Origin: Myxococcales bacterium
Lineage (GTDB): Bacteria; Desulfobacterota; Binatia; HRBIN30
NCBI GenBank assembly: GCA_037445065.1
Contig: JBBILD010000001.1
Location: forward strand, 96,001 to 160,000
Direction: 5' to 3'
DNA length: 64,000 nt
Shown piece after piece: positions 29,973-39,822 of the stretch. The notes beneath the pieces were generated by a model. That model was not told where the DNA came from, made no database searches, and saw only the letters and a program-made list of their open reading frames with translations. The position numbers were made by a program, and so were the translations under genes. The number at the start of each line of letters is the position of its first letter. The stretch's first letter is position 1.

Positions 29973-31562
29973 ATGCCCAAGATCACCATCGACGGCCGCG
30001 AGATCGAAGTTTCTGCCGGTAGCATGTTGTTGCCGGCAGCGCTCGAAGCGGGAATCCACATCCCCCATTACTGTTGGCACCCGAAGCTTTCCATCGACGG
30101 AAGTTGCCGTATGTGCCAGGTGGAAGTGGAAGGCAGTCCGAAGTTGGTGATTGCCTGCAACACACCTGTGCGTGAAGGAATGGTAGTCCGCACCAACACG
30201 CCGCGCGTCGAAAACGCACGCCGCGGCGTCATGGAACTGCTTCTGGTGAACCATCCGATCGACTGTCCGATCTGCGACAAAGCGGGAGAATGTTTGCTGC
30301 AGGACTACTCGTACGCCTTTGGATCCCGGCAAACCCGTACCCGCGAGGTTCGGCGCAAGCTCGAGAAGCGTAAGGAGATCGGGCCGCGCATGATTCTCGA
30401 TCAAGAGCGCTGCATTCTGTGCCGCCGGTGCGTTCGTTTTTGCCGGGAGATCGCGGGTACGAGCGAACTGGGTGTGTTCGGGATGGGTGATCGTTCGGTG
30501 CTCGACGTTCTGCCAGATCGGCCGTTGGCGAATGATTACTCGATGAACACGGCAGACATTTGCCCGGTGGGTGCCTTGGAGACGAAAGATTTTCACCACC
30601 GGCTGAGGGTTTGGTTTTTGAAAAAAACTCCGAGTGTCTGCCCGAGTTGCTCGCACGGCTGTAACATCACGATTCAGCATTACCGCAACCATATTTGGCG
30701 CATCATGCCGCGCCGCAACGATGCGGTGAACGACACTTGGATGTGCGATCACGGGCGGCTGAATTATGCCTTTGCACATGACACCAATCGGTTGCGACTG
30801 CCGCTCGTGCGGCGTGACGGCGAGCTACGTCCGTGTCATTGGGATGAGGCGGTGCAGACTGTGGCACGCTTGCTGCGGGACACCGTGCGGGCGCACGGCC
30901 CCGCAAGCGTAGGATTGATCGCCTCTGCTCACCTGACCAACGAGGAGTGTTTCCGTCTGGCACAACTCGCGGATTGTCTAGGTTTGCAGCACGTCGACAC
31001 CGTTGTCCCGTTGGGCAAGGCCGACGGGTTTTTGATCGAGGCGGAGAAGGCGGCGAACGGACAGGGAGCGAGGGACATGGGACTGCAGCCGCGTAGCGGT
31101 GGCTGGAGCTGGCGGAACATGCTCGCTGCTGCCGAGCGGGGCGAGTTGCGACTACTGTATATTTGCGGTTCCGATCTTGTGCAGGTCGCGGAAGAAGGAA
31201 GCTGGCAGACAGCAATGGAGCGAGTGGAGCATGTGATCGTCCAGGATCTTTTTTTGGCCCCGCTCGCGCAGCGGGCCGAGGTGGTACTCCCTTCGTTGAG
31301 TTGGGCCGAAAAAACCGGGACGTTTACGAATTCGAAACGGCGGATCCAGCGCATTCATCGCGCTTTGCAGCCGGCGGAGGGGCAGCCAGGGGACGGCGAG
31401 CTCTTCACCCGCATTTTGGCGCTGTTGAGCGAAGGGCCGTGGAGCTTTGATCCGGCGGCTGTACTCGAAGAAATTGCGCAGAGGCACCCGGCCTATGCGG
31501 GCGTGACGTTCGCAGGCGTTGGCCCTTTAGGGCAGCAACTCGCCGAGGGAGGGCTCGATTAA
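29973..31562 (+). CDS. nuoG: NADH-quinone oxidoreductase subunit G (short form)
   Basis: Fe-S motifs CWHPKL...CRMC...C, HPIDCPICDKAGEC, CILCRRC...CPVGAL and CPSCSHGC...C; C-terminal AEKTGTFTN. Confidence 0.88.
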   Translation: MPKITIDGREIEVSAGSMLLPAALEAGIHIPHYCWHPKLSIDGSCRMCQVEVEGSPKLVIACNTPVREGMVVRTNTPRVENARRGVMELLLVNHPIDCPICDKAGECLLQDYSYAFGSRQTRTREVRRKLEKRKEIGPRMILDQERCILCRRCVRFCREIAGTSELGVFGMGDRSVLDVLPDRPLANDYSMNTADICPVGALETKDFHHRLRVWFLKKTPSVCPSCSHGCNITIQHYRNHIWRIMPRRNDAVNDTWMCDHGRLNYAFAHDTNRLRLPLVRRDGELRPCHWDEAVQTVARLLRDTVRAHGPASVGLIASAHLTNEECFRLAQLADCLGLQHVDTVVPLGKADGFLIEAEKAANGQGARDMGLQPRSGGWSWRNMLAAAERGELRLLYICGSDLVQVAEEGSWQTAMERVEHVIVQDLFLAPLAQRAEVVLPSLSWAEKTGTFTNSKRRIQRIHRALQPAEGQPGDGELFTRILALLSEGPWSFDPAAVLEEIAQRHPAYAGVTFAGVGPLGQQLAEGGLD

Positions 31563-32110
31563 TGGCGACTCGAACAGTTCCGGTTTCCCGTCCGGCTCCA
31601 TTGCGCGGCCCGAGCGTCATGCGAGCGGGTGTTGCGTTGCTGAAAGGGTTAGCGATCACCAACCGCCACTTTTGGCGCAACTTATGGGGCTTCATCCGGC
31701 GCAAACCAACAGTTTTTACAGTCCAATACCCGGAGGAGCGGCTGGAGCATCCACCCGCGTTTCGCGGCATGCCCGTTTTGGTGCAAATGGACAATGGAAA
31801 AGAGCGCTGTGTGGCATGCGGGCTGTGCGAGTGGGCATGTCCGACTGACTGTATCACGATTTTCCCTGCTGAAACCGAAGACGAAATTGAGCGCTACCCG
31901 CGTGTGTTCGATATTGACATGTCACGCTGCATGTTTTGTGGCCTGTGTGAAGAAGCGTGCCCGGAAGAAGCGATTGTGATGAGCCATCGCGTGGAGATCG
32001 CGGCCTTTTCGCGACGAGGCACCCTCTGGCATAAAGAGGATCTGCTCGTGCCGGTAAGCGAATTGGAAAAAACCCGCCTGCGGCATGTGCGCCGCACGTA
32101 CGGTGGGTGA
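31562..32110 (+). CDS. nuoI: NADH-quinone oxidoreductase subunit I
   Basis: TVQYPEE, two CxxCxxCxxxCP motifs. Confidence 0.92.
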   Translation: MATRTVPVSRPAPLRGPSVMRAGVALLKGLAITNRHFWRNLWGFIRRKPTVFTVQYPEERLEHPPAFRGMPVLVQMDNGKERCVACGLCEWACPTDCITIFPAETEDEIERYPRVFDIDMSRCMFCGLCEEACPEEAIVMSHRVEIAAFSRRGTLWHKEDLLVPVSELEKTRLRHVRRTYGG

Positions 32111-32157
32111 GCGAGCCCCGCACGCTGGGCGCGAGCATTGCTGGCAGAAAAAACACT

Positions 32158-33870
32158 ATGGCAGATGTAACCACAATCCTCTCGACACTGCGCGACCGTT
32201 TCCCGGACGCAGTCATACAAACGGACTCGTACCGGGGCGATGCAGCGGCTCGCATTACTCCGGAGCGCTTGCTCGAAGTCGGTCGTTTTCTACGCGACGA
32301 GCCGAGTCTGGCGTTCGATCTATTGCTGGACGTCACTTGCGTGGACTACCTGGGCCAGCAGCCCCGTTTCGAAGTTGTGTATCACTTCCTCTCCACGCGG
32401 CACCGCCATCGGCTGCGGCTCAAAGCGAGGGTTCCGGAACATATTCCTGAGATCGACAGCTTAGTTCCCCTTTGGGTGGGGGCAAACTGGCTGGAACGCG
32501 AGACCTACGACATGTACGGAATCCGCTTCCGGGGCCATCCGGACCTCAGGCGCATTTACTTGTACGAAGAGTTCGAAGGTCACCCCCTGCGCAAGGACTA
32601 CCCGAAGGAGAAGCGCCAGCCCTTGATCGGGCCCGGCGCGAAGGGCGACTACGTGCCCAGGCTTCCAGAAATCCCCAACACCACACGCGCAGAAGGGTTT
32701 CTCGGTGCCGAACTGCTGCGTGTTCAGCTCGGTCCCTCACACCCCGCCACCCACGGCACCGTGCGCATCGTGCTGGATTTGGACGGGGAAACGATCGTGA
32801 ACGCCGATGTGGAAATCGGTTACTTGCACCGTGGTTTCGAGAAGGAGTGCGAGAGCGGTTTCTACTATCAGGCAATCCCGTACACCGACCGCCTCAACTA
32901 CAGTTCCGCGATCCTGTGCAACATCGGTTACTGCATGGCCGTGGAAAAATTGTTCAACGTTGAGGTGCCGCTGCGAGGACAATTTGTCCGGGTGATCGGG
33001 GGCGAGATTTCGCGCATCGCCGACCACTTGCTTTGCGTCGGGGCCACGGCGTTGGAACTCAATGCGTTTTCTGCCTTCCTGTACGCGCTCGAGGCCCGTG
33101 AACTGGCTTGGGATTTGGTCAACGCCCTGTGTGGGGCGCGGGTGACGAGCAACTACATCCGGATTGGCGGAGTCAGCGCCGACTTGCCCGAGGGCTTCGC
33201 CGAATTGTGCGCGCAAAACTTCAAGCGCATCCTGGAGCTGGTGGGTGAAACGGAGGGCTTGCTGCTGGAAAACCCAATCTTCCGTGCGCGGATGGAGGGA
33301 GTCGCGATCATGTCGCCTGAGCGCTTGATCGCCTACGGGGTCACAGGACCTCTGCTCCGCGCGGCTGGGGTCGACCTCGATTTGCGGCGCGCCGAACCAT
33401 ATTTGATCTACGACCAGCTCGATTTCGATGTGCCGGTGGGAACGCAAGGCGACAACCTGGACCGATTCTTGGTGCGCCTTGCTGAGTTGCGGCAGAGCGT
33501 GCGTATTGTCGAGCAGTGCCTGCGCATGATCCCCCCGGGGCCGGTGGATCTGGAGGACCCGGCGATTCGTTTCCCGCCCAAGGGTCGCGTGTTCACGCGG
33601 ATGGAAGACATGATTAACCAGTTCAAGTTGGTGACCGAGGGCCCGAAGCCTCCTCCAGGGGAGGTGTATTTCGCAGTGGAATCAGCGAACGGGGAACTCG
33701 GCTTTTACTTGGTGAGCGATGGGACCGGAAAGCCCTACAAGTGCCGGGCCCGCACGCCGAGTTTTTCGAATACCCAACCGCTGGCCGAGATGATTCGTGG
33801 GCGGTTGCTCGCTGACATGGTGCCCACGTTCGATATGATCAACATGATCGGAGGGGAATGTGATCGTTGA
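32158..33870 (+). CDS. nuoCD: NADH-quinone oxidoreductase fused subunit C/D
   Basis: NuoC ERETYDMYGI.F.GHPDLRRI, GHPLRKDYP; NuoD GPSHPATHG, GYLHRG.EK, DRLNY, C-terminal GECDR; no [NiFe] CxxC motifs. Confidence 0.92.
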   Translation: MADVTTILSTLRDRFPDAVIQTDSYRGDAAARITPERLLEVGRFLRDEPSLAFDLLLDVTCVDYLGQQPRFEVVYHFLSTRHRHRLRLKARVPEHIPEIDSLVPLWVGANWLERETYDMYGIRFRGHPDLRRIYLYEEFEGHPLRKDYPKEKRQPLIGPGAKGDYVPRLPEIPNTTRAEGFLGAELLRVQLGPSHPATHGTVRIVLDLDGETIVNADVEIGYLHRGFEKECESGFYYQAIPYTDRLNYSSAILCNIGYCMAVEKLFNVEVPLRGQFVRVIGGEISRIADHLLCVGATALELNAFSAFLYALEARELAWDLVNALCGARVTSNYIRIGGVSADLPEGFAELCAQNFKRILELVGETEGLLLENPIFRARMEGVAIMSPERLIAYGVTGPLLRAAGVDLDLRRAEPYLIYDQLDFDVPVGTQGDNLDRFLVRLAELRQSVRIVEQCLRMIPPGPVDLEDPAIRFPPKGRVFTRMEDMINQFKLVTEGPKPPPGEVYFAVESANGELGFYLVSDGTGKPYKCRARTPSFSNTQPLAEMIRGRLLADMVPTFDMINMIGGECDR

Positions 33871-35701
33871 TCATCCAGCCGCTCCCGAGGTCCCGCCGGC
33901 ACCGGCTCGGGCAGGGCAGGTTCTGACACCACAAACGCGGGCGCGGATTTTACGCGAAAAGCAAAACTTTCCCGAGCCACGTTCCGCTTTGCTCGCGGCC
34001 TTACACCTGGCGCAAGACGAACACGGATGGATCTCTCCTACCATCGTGCGGGAAGTCGCGGAGCTGCTCGAGATCCTGCCCATTCAGGTGCAGGAAGTGG
34101 TGTCGTTTTACCCGATGTTTCACAGTCGGCCGAAGGGTCAGTGCCACATCCAGGTTTGCACGAACATCGCGTGCGCTTTGGCCGGTGCCCGCAAACTGGT
34201 GCGTCAGATCGAAGACGCTCTCGGCATTCAGCCGGGCGAGACAACGCCGGATGGCCGCTTCTCCCTGGCGGAAGTGGAGTGCTTGGGGTCGTGTGGCACT
34301 GCTCCCGTGGTGCAGGTGAATAACGAGCCGTACCTGGAGCGAGCGAGCGCTGAGGATATCGCCGCGCTGCTGCGGGGCGAATCGCTAGCGCGTCCGAGCC
34401 CGATGATTTCCCTGATTCCGGACGGCGTGGAGGGCTACCTCCTCCCGCCAAATGGAGTCGAACGCACGCGCATCGAGGACTATTTGGCGGTGGGTGGGTA
34501 CGAGCAGGCACGGCGCGCTTGGTGCGAATTGGACCCAGAGCAGATCATCGAAATCGTCAAGGATTCGGGGTTACGCGGTCGAGGAGGTGCGGGCTTTGTT
34601 ACCGGCGTGAAGTGGGGCTTCATGCCGAAAGACTCCACCAAGCCGAGTTACCTTGCGGTGAACGGCGATGAAAGCGAGCCCGGTACCTTTAAGGACCGGC
34701 AGATCCTTGAACGAAACCCGCATCAGTTCATCGAGGGCGCTCTCATCGCTGGCCGGGCGATCCGGGCCGTTGCCGCCTATGTGTACTTACGGGGGGAGTA
34801 CTCGGGACCGTACCGAATTTTGATGGAAGCGATCCGCCAAGCCTACGCGCGCGGTTTCCTCGGCGACAACGTGTTTGGATCCGGTCGTTCGTTCCACATG
34901 TACGTGCAGCGGGGCGCTGGCGCGTACATTTGCGGTGAGGAAACCGGCATGATCGAATCCATGGAGGGCAAGAAGGGGCAGCCTCGAAAGCGGCCACCGT
35001 TTCCCGCCGCATATGGCCTGTGGGGCTGTCCGACCACGGTGAATAATCTGGAGACCATCGCGCATGTTCCTGCGATCTTGCGCCACGGAGCGGATTGGTT
35101 TCGCCGGCGGGGAACCGAACGCAGCACTGGCAACACCCTCTTTGGTGTCAGCGGGCACGTCAAGCGCCCGGGAGTGTACGAATTACCGCTCGGTACCAGC
35201 CTGCGTGAGATCATTGAGAAGCATGCGGGTGGGACGGCAAGCGGCCGCCCCGTAAAGGCGGTGATTCCTGGCGGAGTTTCCATGCCCGTGCTGACTGCCG
35301 ACAAGCTCGATACGCCAATGGACCACGAGTCTTTGCAGCAGGCGGGTAGCTTGCTCGGCACTGGTGGGATCGTGGTCTTGGACGACTCTGCATGCCCGGT
35401 GCGTGCCGCGGGCGTGATCGCGCGCTTCTTCCGGCACGAAAGCTGCGGCCAATGCACGCAGTGCCGAGAAGGCACGGGCTTCCTTTACAAGCTATTGAAG
35501 CGCATCGAACGTGGGCAGGGCACGATGCAAGACTTGGAGACCATCGAAAGCGTATGCGGTTTTATGGAGGGGCAAACCATTTGCGCTCTCTCCGATGCGG
35601 CTGCGTGGGCTGCTGGGAACTTTCTGCGCCGCTTCCGGGCTGATTTTGAACGTCACATCGAGCAGCGAGGATGCCCGTTCCCCGATAGCTTTGAGATGTA
35701 A
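33860..35701 (+). CDS. nuoEF: NADH-quinone oxidoreductase fused subunit E/F
   Basis: NuoE CTNIAC...CLGSC; NuoF SGLRGRGGAGF, DESEPGTFKDR, GAYICGEET, ESCGQCTQCREG...IC. Confidence 0.9.
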   Translation: MIVDHPAAPEVPPAPARAGQVLTPQTRARILREKQNFPEPRSALLAALHLAQDEHGWISPTIVREVAELLEILPIQVQEVVSFYPMFHSRPKGQCHIQVCTNIACALAGARKLVRQIEDALGIQPGETTPDGRFSLAEVECLGSCGTAPVVQVNNEPYLERASAEDIAALLRGESLARPSPMISLIPDGVEGYLLPPNGVERTRIEDYLAVGGYEQARRAWCELDPEQIIEIVKDSGLRGRGGAGFVTGVKWGFMPKDSTKPSYLAVNGDESEPGTFKDRQILERNPHQFIEGALIAGRAIRAVAAYVYLRGEYSGPYRILMEAIRQAYARGFLGDNVFGSGRSFHMYVQRGAGAYICGEETGMIESMEGKKGQPRKRPPFPAAYGLWGCPTTVNNLETIAHVPAILRHGADWFRRRGTERSTGNTLFGVSGHVKRPGVYELPLGTSLREIIEKHAGGTASGRPVKAVIPGGVSMPVLTADKLDTPMDHESLQQAGSLLGTGGIVVLDDSACPVRAAGVIARFFRHESCGQCTQCREGTGFLYKLLKRIERGQGTMQDLETIESVCGFMEGQTICALSDAAAWAAGNFLRRFRADFERHIEQRGCPFPDSFEM

Positions 35702-35739
35702 CGTTCGCGCACCGTTCGGCTCCGGGGGAGGCTCGATCC

Positions 35740-36621
35740 ATGCCTGTGACGATCATCGGCCCCACGTCCCACTATTTTTACTCGCAGCGGCTAAAGCTGC
35801 ATTACGTTGATTGGGGAAACGCGCATTTGCCTCCTTTGTTGCTCATTCATGGCGGGCGCGACCACGCGCGCAGCTGGGACTGGGTTGCGCAGGAGCTCCG
35901 GGATGAGTTTCACGTGATCGCACCGGACTTGCGCGGCCACGGCGATTCGCAGTGGGCCGTTGGAGGGTCCTACTCGCTTGTGGACTACACCTTGGATGTG
36001 GCCCAACTTCTCGACGCGTTGCAGTTGTTTCCGGTTACGGTCATCGGCCATTCCCTTGGTGGTTCTGTGGCCCTGCAATACGCCGGTACGTACCCCGAGC
36101 GAGTGCGGAAGGTGGTTGCCATCGAAGGGCTAGGACCGCCGCCGTGGTTGGTCCGAGAGCGGTCCGCTCAAGTCCGTATGCGGGAGTGGATCGCCGAGAT
36201 GCAGGCGTTAGCACGGCGCCACCCGCGCCGTTACCCGAGCCTGGCGGAAGCCATCCGCCGCATGCAGGAAGCGAACCCGCGGCTTACTGAGGAACAAGCG
36301 CGGCACTTGACCATTCACGGATCGTATCGCGACGAGGATGGTACGTACTTGTGGAAGTTCGACAACTATGTGCGCGCCACGTCTCCGTATTTATCGAGCT
36401 TTCAGGAGGCGCAGGCTCTTTGGTCGGAGATCACCTGCCCGGTGCTGCTGTTGCGGGGCACGGAATCATGGGCGTCTGACCCAGCGCAAGATGGCCGTGC
36501 ACGCGCCTTCCGGAAGGCCCGCGTTGTGAATATCACCAACGCTGGGCACTGGGTGCATCACGACCAGCTCGAGGAGTTCCTGCGCGTCGTGCGGCACTTC
36601 CTGCACGCGGAACCTGCGTGA
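35740..36621 (+). CDS. Alpha/beta hydrolase
   Basis: HGG, DLRGHGDS, GHSLGG nucleophile elbow, AGHWVHHD. Confidence 0.9.
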   Translation: MPVTIIGPTSHYFYSQRLKLHYVDWGNAHLPPLLLIHGGRDHARSWDWVAQELRDEFHVIAPDLRGHGDSQWAVGGSYSLVDYTLDVAQLLDALQLFPVTVIGHSLGGSVALQYAGTYPERVRKVVAIEGLGPPPWLVRERSAQVRMREWIAEMQALARRHPRRYPSLAEAIRRMQEANPRLTEEQARHLTIHGSYRDEDGTYLWKFDNYVRATSPYLSSFQEAQALWSEITCPVLLLRGTESWASDPAQDGRARAFRKARVVNITNAGHWVHHDQLEEFLRVVRHFLHAEPA

Positions 36622-36624
36622 TTC

Positions 36625-37686
36625 TCAAGTTGGGAGTCCGTGCGGCCCAAGGGTCGGAGCCGGTCGGTCCGGCTCGATGATTTCCTCGATCGTCATGGGC
36701 TGGCGTTGGCGAAACGGCTCGCAACGAATGGGGCAGTCCGGCAGCTCGCACTGCGCGCAGTACAGCCGCCGGCACGGGTCGGTGTGAAAGACAATTTCTC
36801 CGCGCAAGTGACCGCTACTCATGACGGCGCGCTCGAAGGCGTCGGACTCGTCATGGGCCTGGCGCACGGTCCAAAACTCGGGCACTACCAGGTGCGCGTC
36901 TACGTGCGTGAACCTTCCGGAGCGAATTGCCCGTGTATTGTGTACGCGGATGATCCCTGGGCGCAAGTTGGCATTCATCAAGTGCACAAGTTGCTGCAGC
37001 AGCTCGGGGTCCTCTTCATCCAAGAGTCCCCCAGCGGCGTAGCGTACGAGGCGGACGCCGGTAAGCAACAAATGCCCGCCGATGACTGCAGCAGTCAGGG
37101 GGTCCAGCCACGTCAGACCGGTCCAGTCAACAAGAACCAGTCCGACCACCACGCCGGCGCTCGTCCAAAAATCCGAGATCACGTGCTGCCCGTCTGCGAC
37201 CAAGGTGAGAGAGTGATGGCGCCGGCCGGTCCGAACTAGGTAAAGGCCAAGGAAGAGGTTGGCGACGCCGGCGGCCGCGGTAATCGCCATGCCGGCGTCG
37301 AGTTGCCGCAGCTCAGACCCGTGTGCGAGGACGAGAGCGGCCTCGTACCAAATCATCACCGCGGCGAAGGCAATCAACCCGCCCTCGAACACCGCCGAAA
37401 AAAACTCGATTTTGCCGTGCCCGTACGGATGGCTACGGTCCGCGGGCCTGGTTGCAAATAGAAGCCCGCCTAACGCGAAAACTGCCGCAGCGACATTGAC
37501 GATGCTCTCCAGGGCATCCGAAAACACTGCTGCAGAGCCGGTGAGCTGATACGCGAAGAACTTTGCGACCAGCAATACACAGCCCACGGAGAGAGACACG
37601 ACCCCTGCAAGCAGGCGCGCACGCCTACCATGCGCTTCTCCCAAGGCGGCAGACTCAGCGACGGTCGGAGCAAGCATCGTCTCCAA
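36625..37686 (-). CDS. Cation diffusion facilitator (FieF-like) with Cys-rich C-terminus
   Basis: SDALES, PADRSHPYGHGKIE, ADGQHVISD, HVDAH; tail DPCRRLYCAQCELPDCPIRC. Confidence 0.9.
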   Translation of the reverse strand: METMLAPTVAESAALGEAHGRRARLLAGVVSLSVGCVLLVAKFFAYQLTGSAAVFSDALESIVNVAAAVFALGGLLFATRPADRSHPYGHGKIEFFSAVFEGGLIAFAAVMIWYEAALVLAHGSELRQLDAGMAITAAAGVANLFLGLYLVRTGRRHHSLTLVADGQHVISDFWTSAGVVVGLVLVDWTGLTWLDPLTAAVIGGHLLLTGVRLVRYAAGGLLDEEDPELLQQLVHLMNANLRPGIIRVHNTRAIRSGRFTHVDAHLVVPEFWTVRQAHDESDAFERAVMSSGHLRGEIVFHTDPCRRLYCAQCELPDCPIRCEPFRQRQPMTIEEIIEPDRPAPTLGPHGLPT

Positions 37687-37766
37687 AGCCTACCACGCGA
37701 GGCTGCGGCTGCCACCCGGTCCAAGAGCGCCTCTCCCGCCCCCGAAAGCGCGCAGGGAAGAGTTTT

Positions 37767-39023
37767 CTAGCGAACCACTCGTTGGTCCCAGCTTGGGCCG
37801 ATCGCTTCCTCCCCGAGGGCGCGACGGGCGTCGTTCATGGCTGCACGGTAAATGCCCTGCGCCATGAGCGAGTGTTCCTCTTCCAAGCGGCGGGCAAAAA
37901 CGTCCCGCTTGAGTTCCCAAGCGGCTCGTTGCTTGGGAAAGGCGCGCACCGCCCACTCCGCAATGTGGGCGGCGAGTACGGTTTCCCCATTGGCCAGAAG
38001 CTCGCGCCCACGTGCGATTAAAGCAGCCGCTCCGCCAGCTAGATGCGCAATCTCTGCTGCCAGTCGGTCCGGATGAGCCGGCAAAAGGTCGGCAGGGTTG
38101 CCGTTCCACCAGCCTCCCCACAGTCGCAGCAAATTGCGCACAATGAACTTGGGGTGGTCATAGGTAGGCTGCAAGTAAGGGCGTCGGCTCAATTCCGGGT
38201 CTGGCTGAACCGCGTGCAAAATTTCTTCCGGGCTTTCGCCAGCGTTCATGCGTTCGAGCACTTGTTCGATGATCACTCTCAGGTACCGAGCAGTGTCAAG
38301 GAGCACGAGCCGCACCGCTTCCTCACCCCGGACGACCAATCCGTGCCCTGGGAACAGGTACTCGGCATTCAAGCTAGCCATCCGCTCCAAAGCCTCGGCC
38401 CATTCCAAGGGGTAGCGCTGCACCTTTTGCGGGTTTCCACAATTCGGCGATTGCCAGATGATCAGATCACCACAGAATAGGTAGCGCAGCTCCGGGATCC
38501 ACACGTAACAGGCATCGTCAGTTTCCCCTTTTGCGGCGAAGTAGTACACCTCCTTGCCCCCGATCCGTTGCTGTAAAGCATCCCGAAACGTGAGCGTCGG
38601 CCAAGTGAACTCCGCCGGAAACACAGGTTGCGGCAAGCTGAACTGCCGCTGGTTGATATGTGCGTTCCAACCGTGCGTGAGGGCGTAGCGCCGGAACCGT
38701 TGAACGCAGTTCTCCTGCGCGATGATCTGCGGGCGCTCGCCTGCGGCGAGAAACGGGCCCAGGCCGAAGGCATGGTCTGCGTGGCCGTGGGTGTAGACGG
38801 CGGTGTCGAGGGGTGCCGACGTCCACCGCCGGACCGCCTCGTGGAACACTGGGCCGAGGTGTTGAAACCCGGGGTCTACGATCAGCAGTCGGTCGCCCAA
38901 GACAAGCGCGTAGTTGTTTACGAAGTTCGCGAACATGAGAACGCCGGGCGCCACCTCGTGCGAAGGCGCAAACAGGCGCAGGGTGGCGTGCAGGGGATCG
39001 TCGGTACACATCGGCGAGGTCAT
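37767..39023 (-). CDS. Metallo-beta-lactamase fold alkyl/aryl-sulfatase-like protein
   Basis: THGHADH, GETDD, PGHG, GGWWNGNPADL dimerisation-region motif; ATGA overlap with nth. Confidence 0.82.
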   Translation of the reverse strand: MTSPMCTDDPLHATLRLFAPSHEVAPGVLMFANFVNNYALVLGDRLLIVDPGFQHLGPVFHEAVRRWTSAPLDTAVYTHGHADHAFGLGPFLAAGERPQIIAQENCVQRFRRYALTHGWNAHINQRQFSLPQPVFPAEFTWPTLTFRDALQQRIGGKEVYYFAAKGETDDACYVWIPELRYLFCGDLIIWQSPNCGNPQKVQRYPLEWAEALERMASLNAEYLFPGHGLVVRGEEAVRLVLLDTARYLRVIIEQVLERMNAGESPEEILHAVQPDPELSRRPYLQPTYDHPKFIVRNLLRLWGGWWNGNPADLLPAHPDRLAAEIAHLAGGAAALIARGRELLANGETVLAAHIAEWAVRAFPKQRAAWELKRDVFARRLEEEHSLMAQGIYRAAMNDARRALGEEAIGPSWDQRVVR

Positions 39024-39724
39024 CGCGCAGACCTCCTTCTTGATTTGTGTGCATGCTTGGCCGGTGGGTTCTGTGAAACGACAGCGGTTTTGTTGGGATA
39101 CGGGCACAAATCGTTCAGGACGCACTCTCCACACTTGGGCTTACGCGCCAAACACACCTGCCGGCCGTGAGTTTGCATCAGGTGGCAAAAGCGCGTGCGT
39201 TCCGGAACCGGCACGAGCTGATTCAGGTCTTGTTCGATTTTGTCCGGGTCCGTGTGGCGGGTAAAACCTAAGCGTTGTGCCAAACGCATCACATGGGTAT
39301 CCACTCCAATGGCCGGCTTTCCGAAGGCATTACCGAGCAGGATGTTGGCGGTTTTACGTCCGACGCCGGGCAGTTCGAGTAGATCCTCCAGCCGATTTGG
39401 TACTTCACCGTGGAATCGCTCTAGCAAAGTCTGACAGCATTTTTGCAACGAGCGCGCTTTTTGCCGGAAGAAACCAGTGGGGTGGATGAGCTTTTCGAGT
39501 TCATTCAAGTCCGCCCGAGCGTAGTCTTGAGCAGTCCGATAGCGGTCGAAAAGAGTCCGGGTGACTTGGTTGACTTTCTCGTCCGTACACTGTGCGGCGA
39601 GGATGAGCGCAACCAGCAACTCCAGCGGGTTGCGGAAATGGAGCGCCAGGCGCGCGTCGGGATACGCCTTTTTTAGGCGTCGTAAAACCTGCCGCATGCG
39701 CTGCTGATCTTCAGTGGCGCTCAC
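39020..39724 (-). CDS. nth: Endonuclease III
   Basis: LAAQCTD, HhH LPGVGRKTAN, VDTHV, Fe-S CLARKPKCGECVLNDLC. Confidence 0.95.
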   Translation of the reverse strand: MSATEDQQRMRQVLRRLKKAYPDARLALHFRNPLELLVALILAAQCTDEKVNQVTRTLFDRYRTAQDYARADLNELEKLIHPTGFFRQKARSLQKCCQTLLERFHGEVPNRLEDLLELPGVGRKTANILLGNAFGKPAIGVDTHVMRLAQRLGFTRHTDPDKIEQDLNQLVPVPERTRFCHLMQTHGRQVCLARKPKCGECVLNDLCPYPNKTAVVSQNPPAKHAHKSRRRSAR

Positions 39725-39822
39725 GCAACAGGGCTCTACTCGAAGCTTGGTCGCTTGGCAACGCGCCCTTGACCGAACCCGTTGGGATGGCGATCATCGA
39801 GGCCGCCGCGAATGGGAAGCAC

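Noticed and set aside
29362..33870. Cluster as a group 4 [NiFe]-hydrogenase or formate dehydrogenase
   Set aside because: The NuoD-like subunit lacks both Ni-binding CxxC motifs, NuoB has the tandem CC of complex I, and the NuoG-like subunit shows complex I-type Fe-S motifs.
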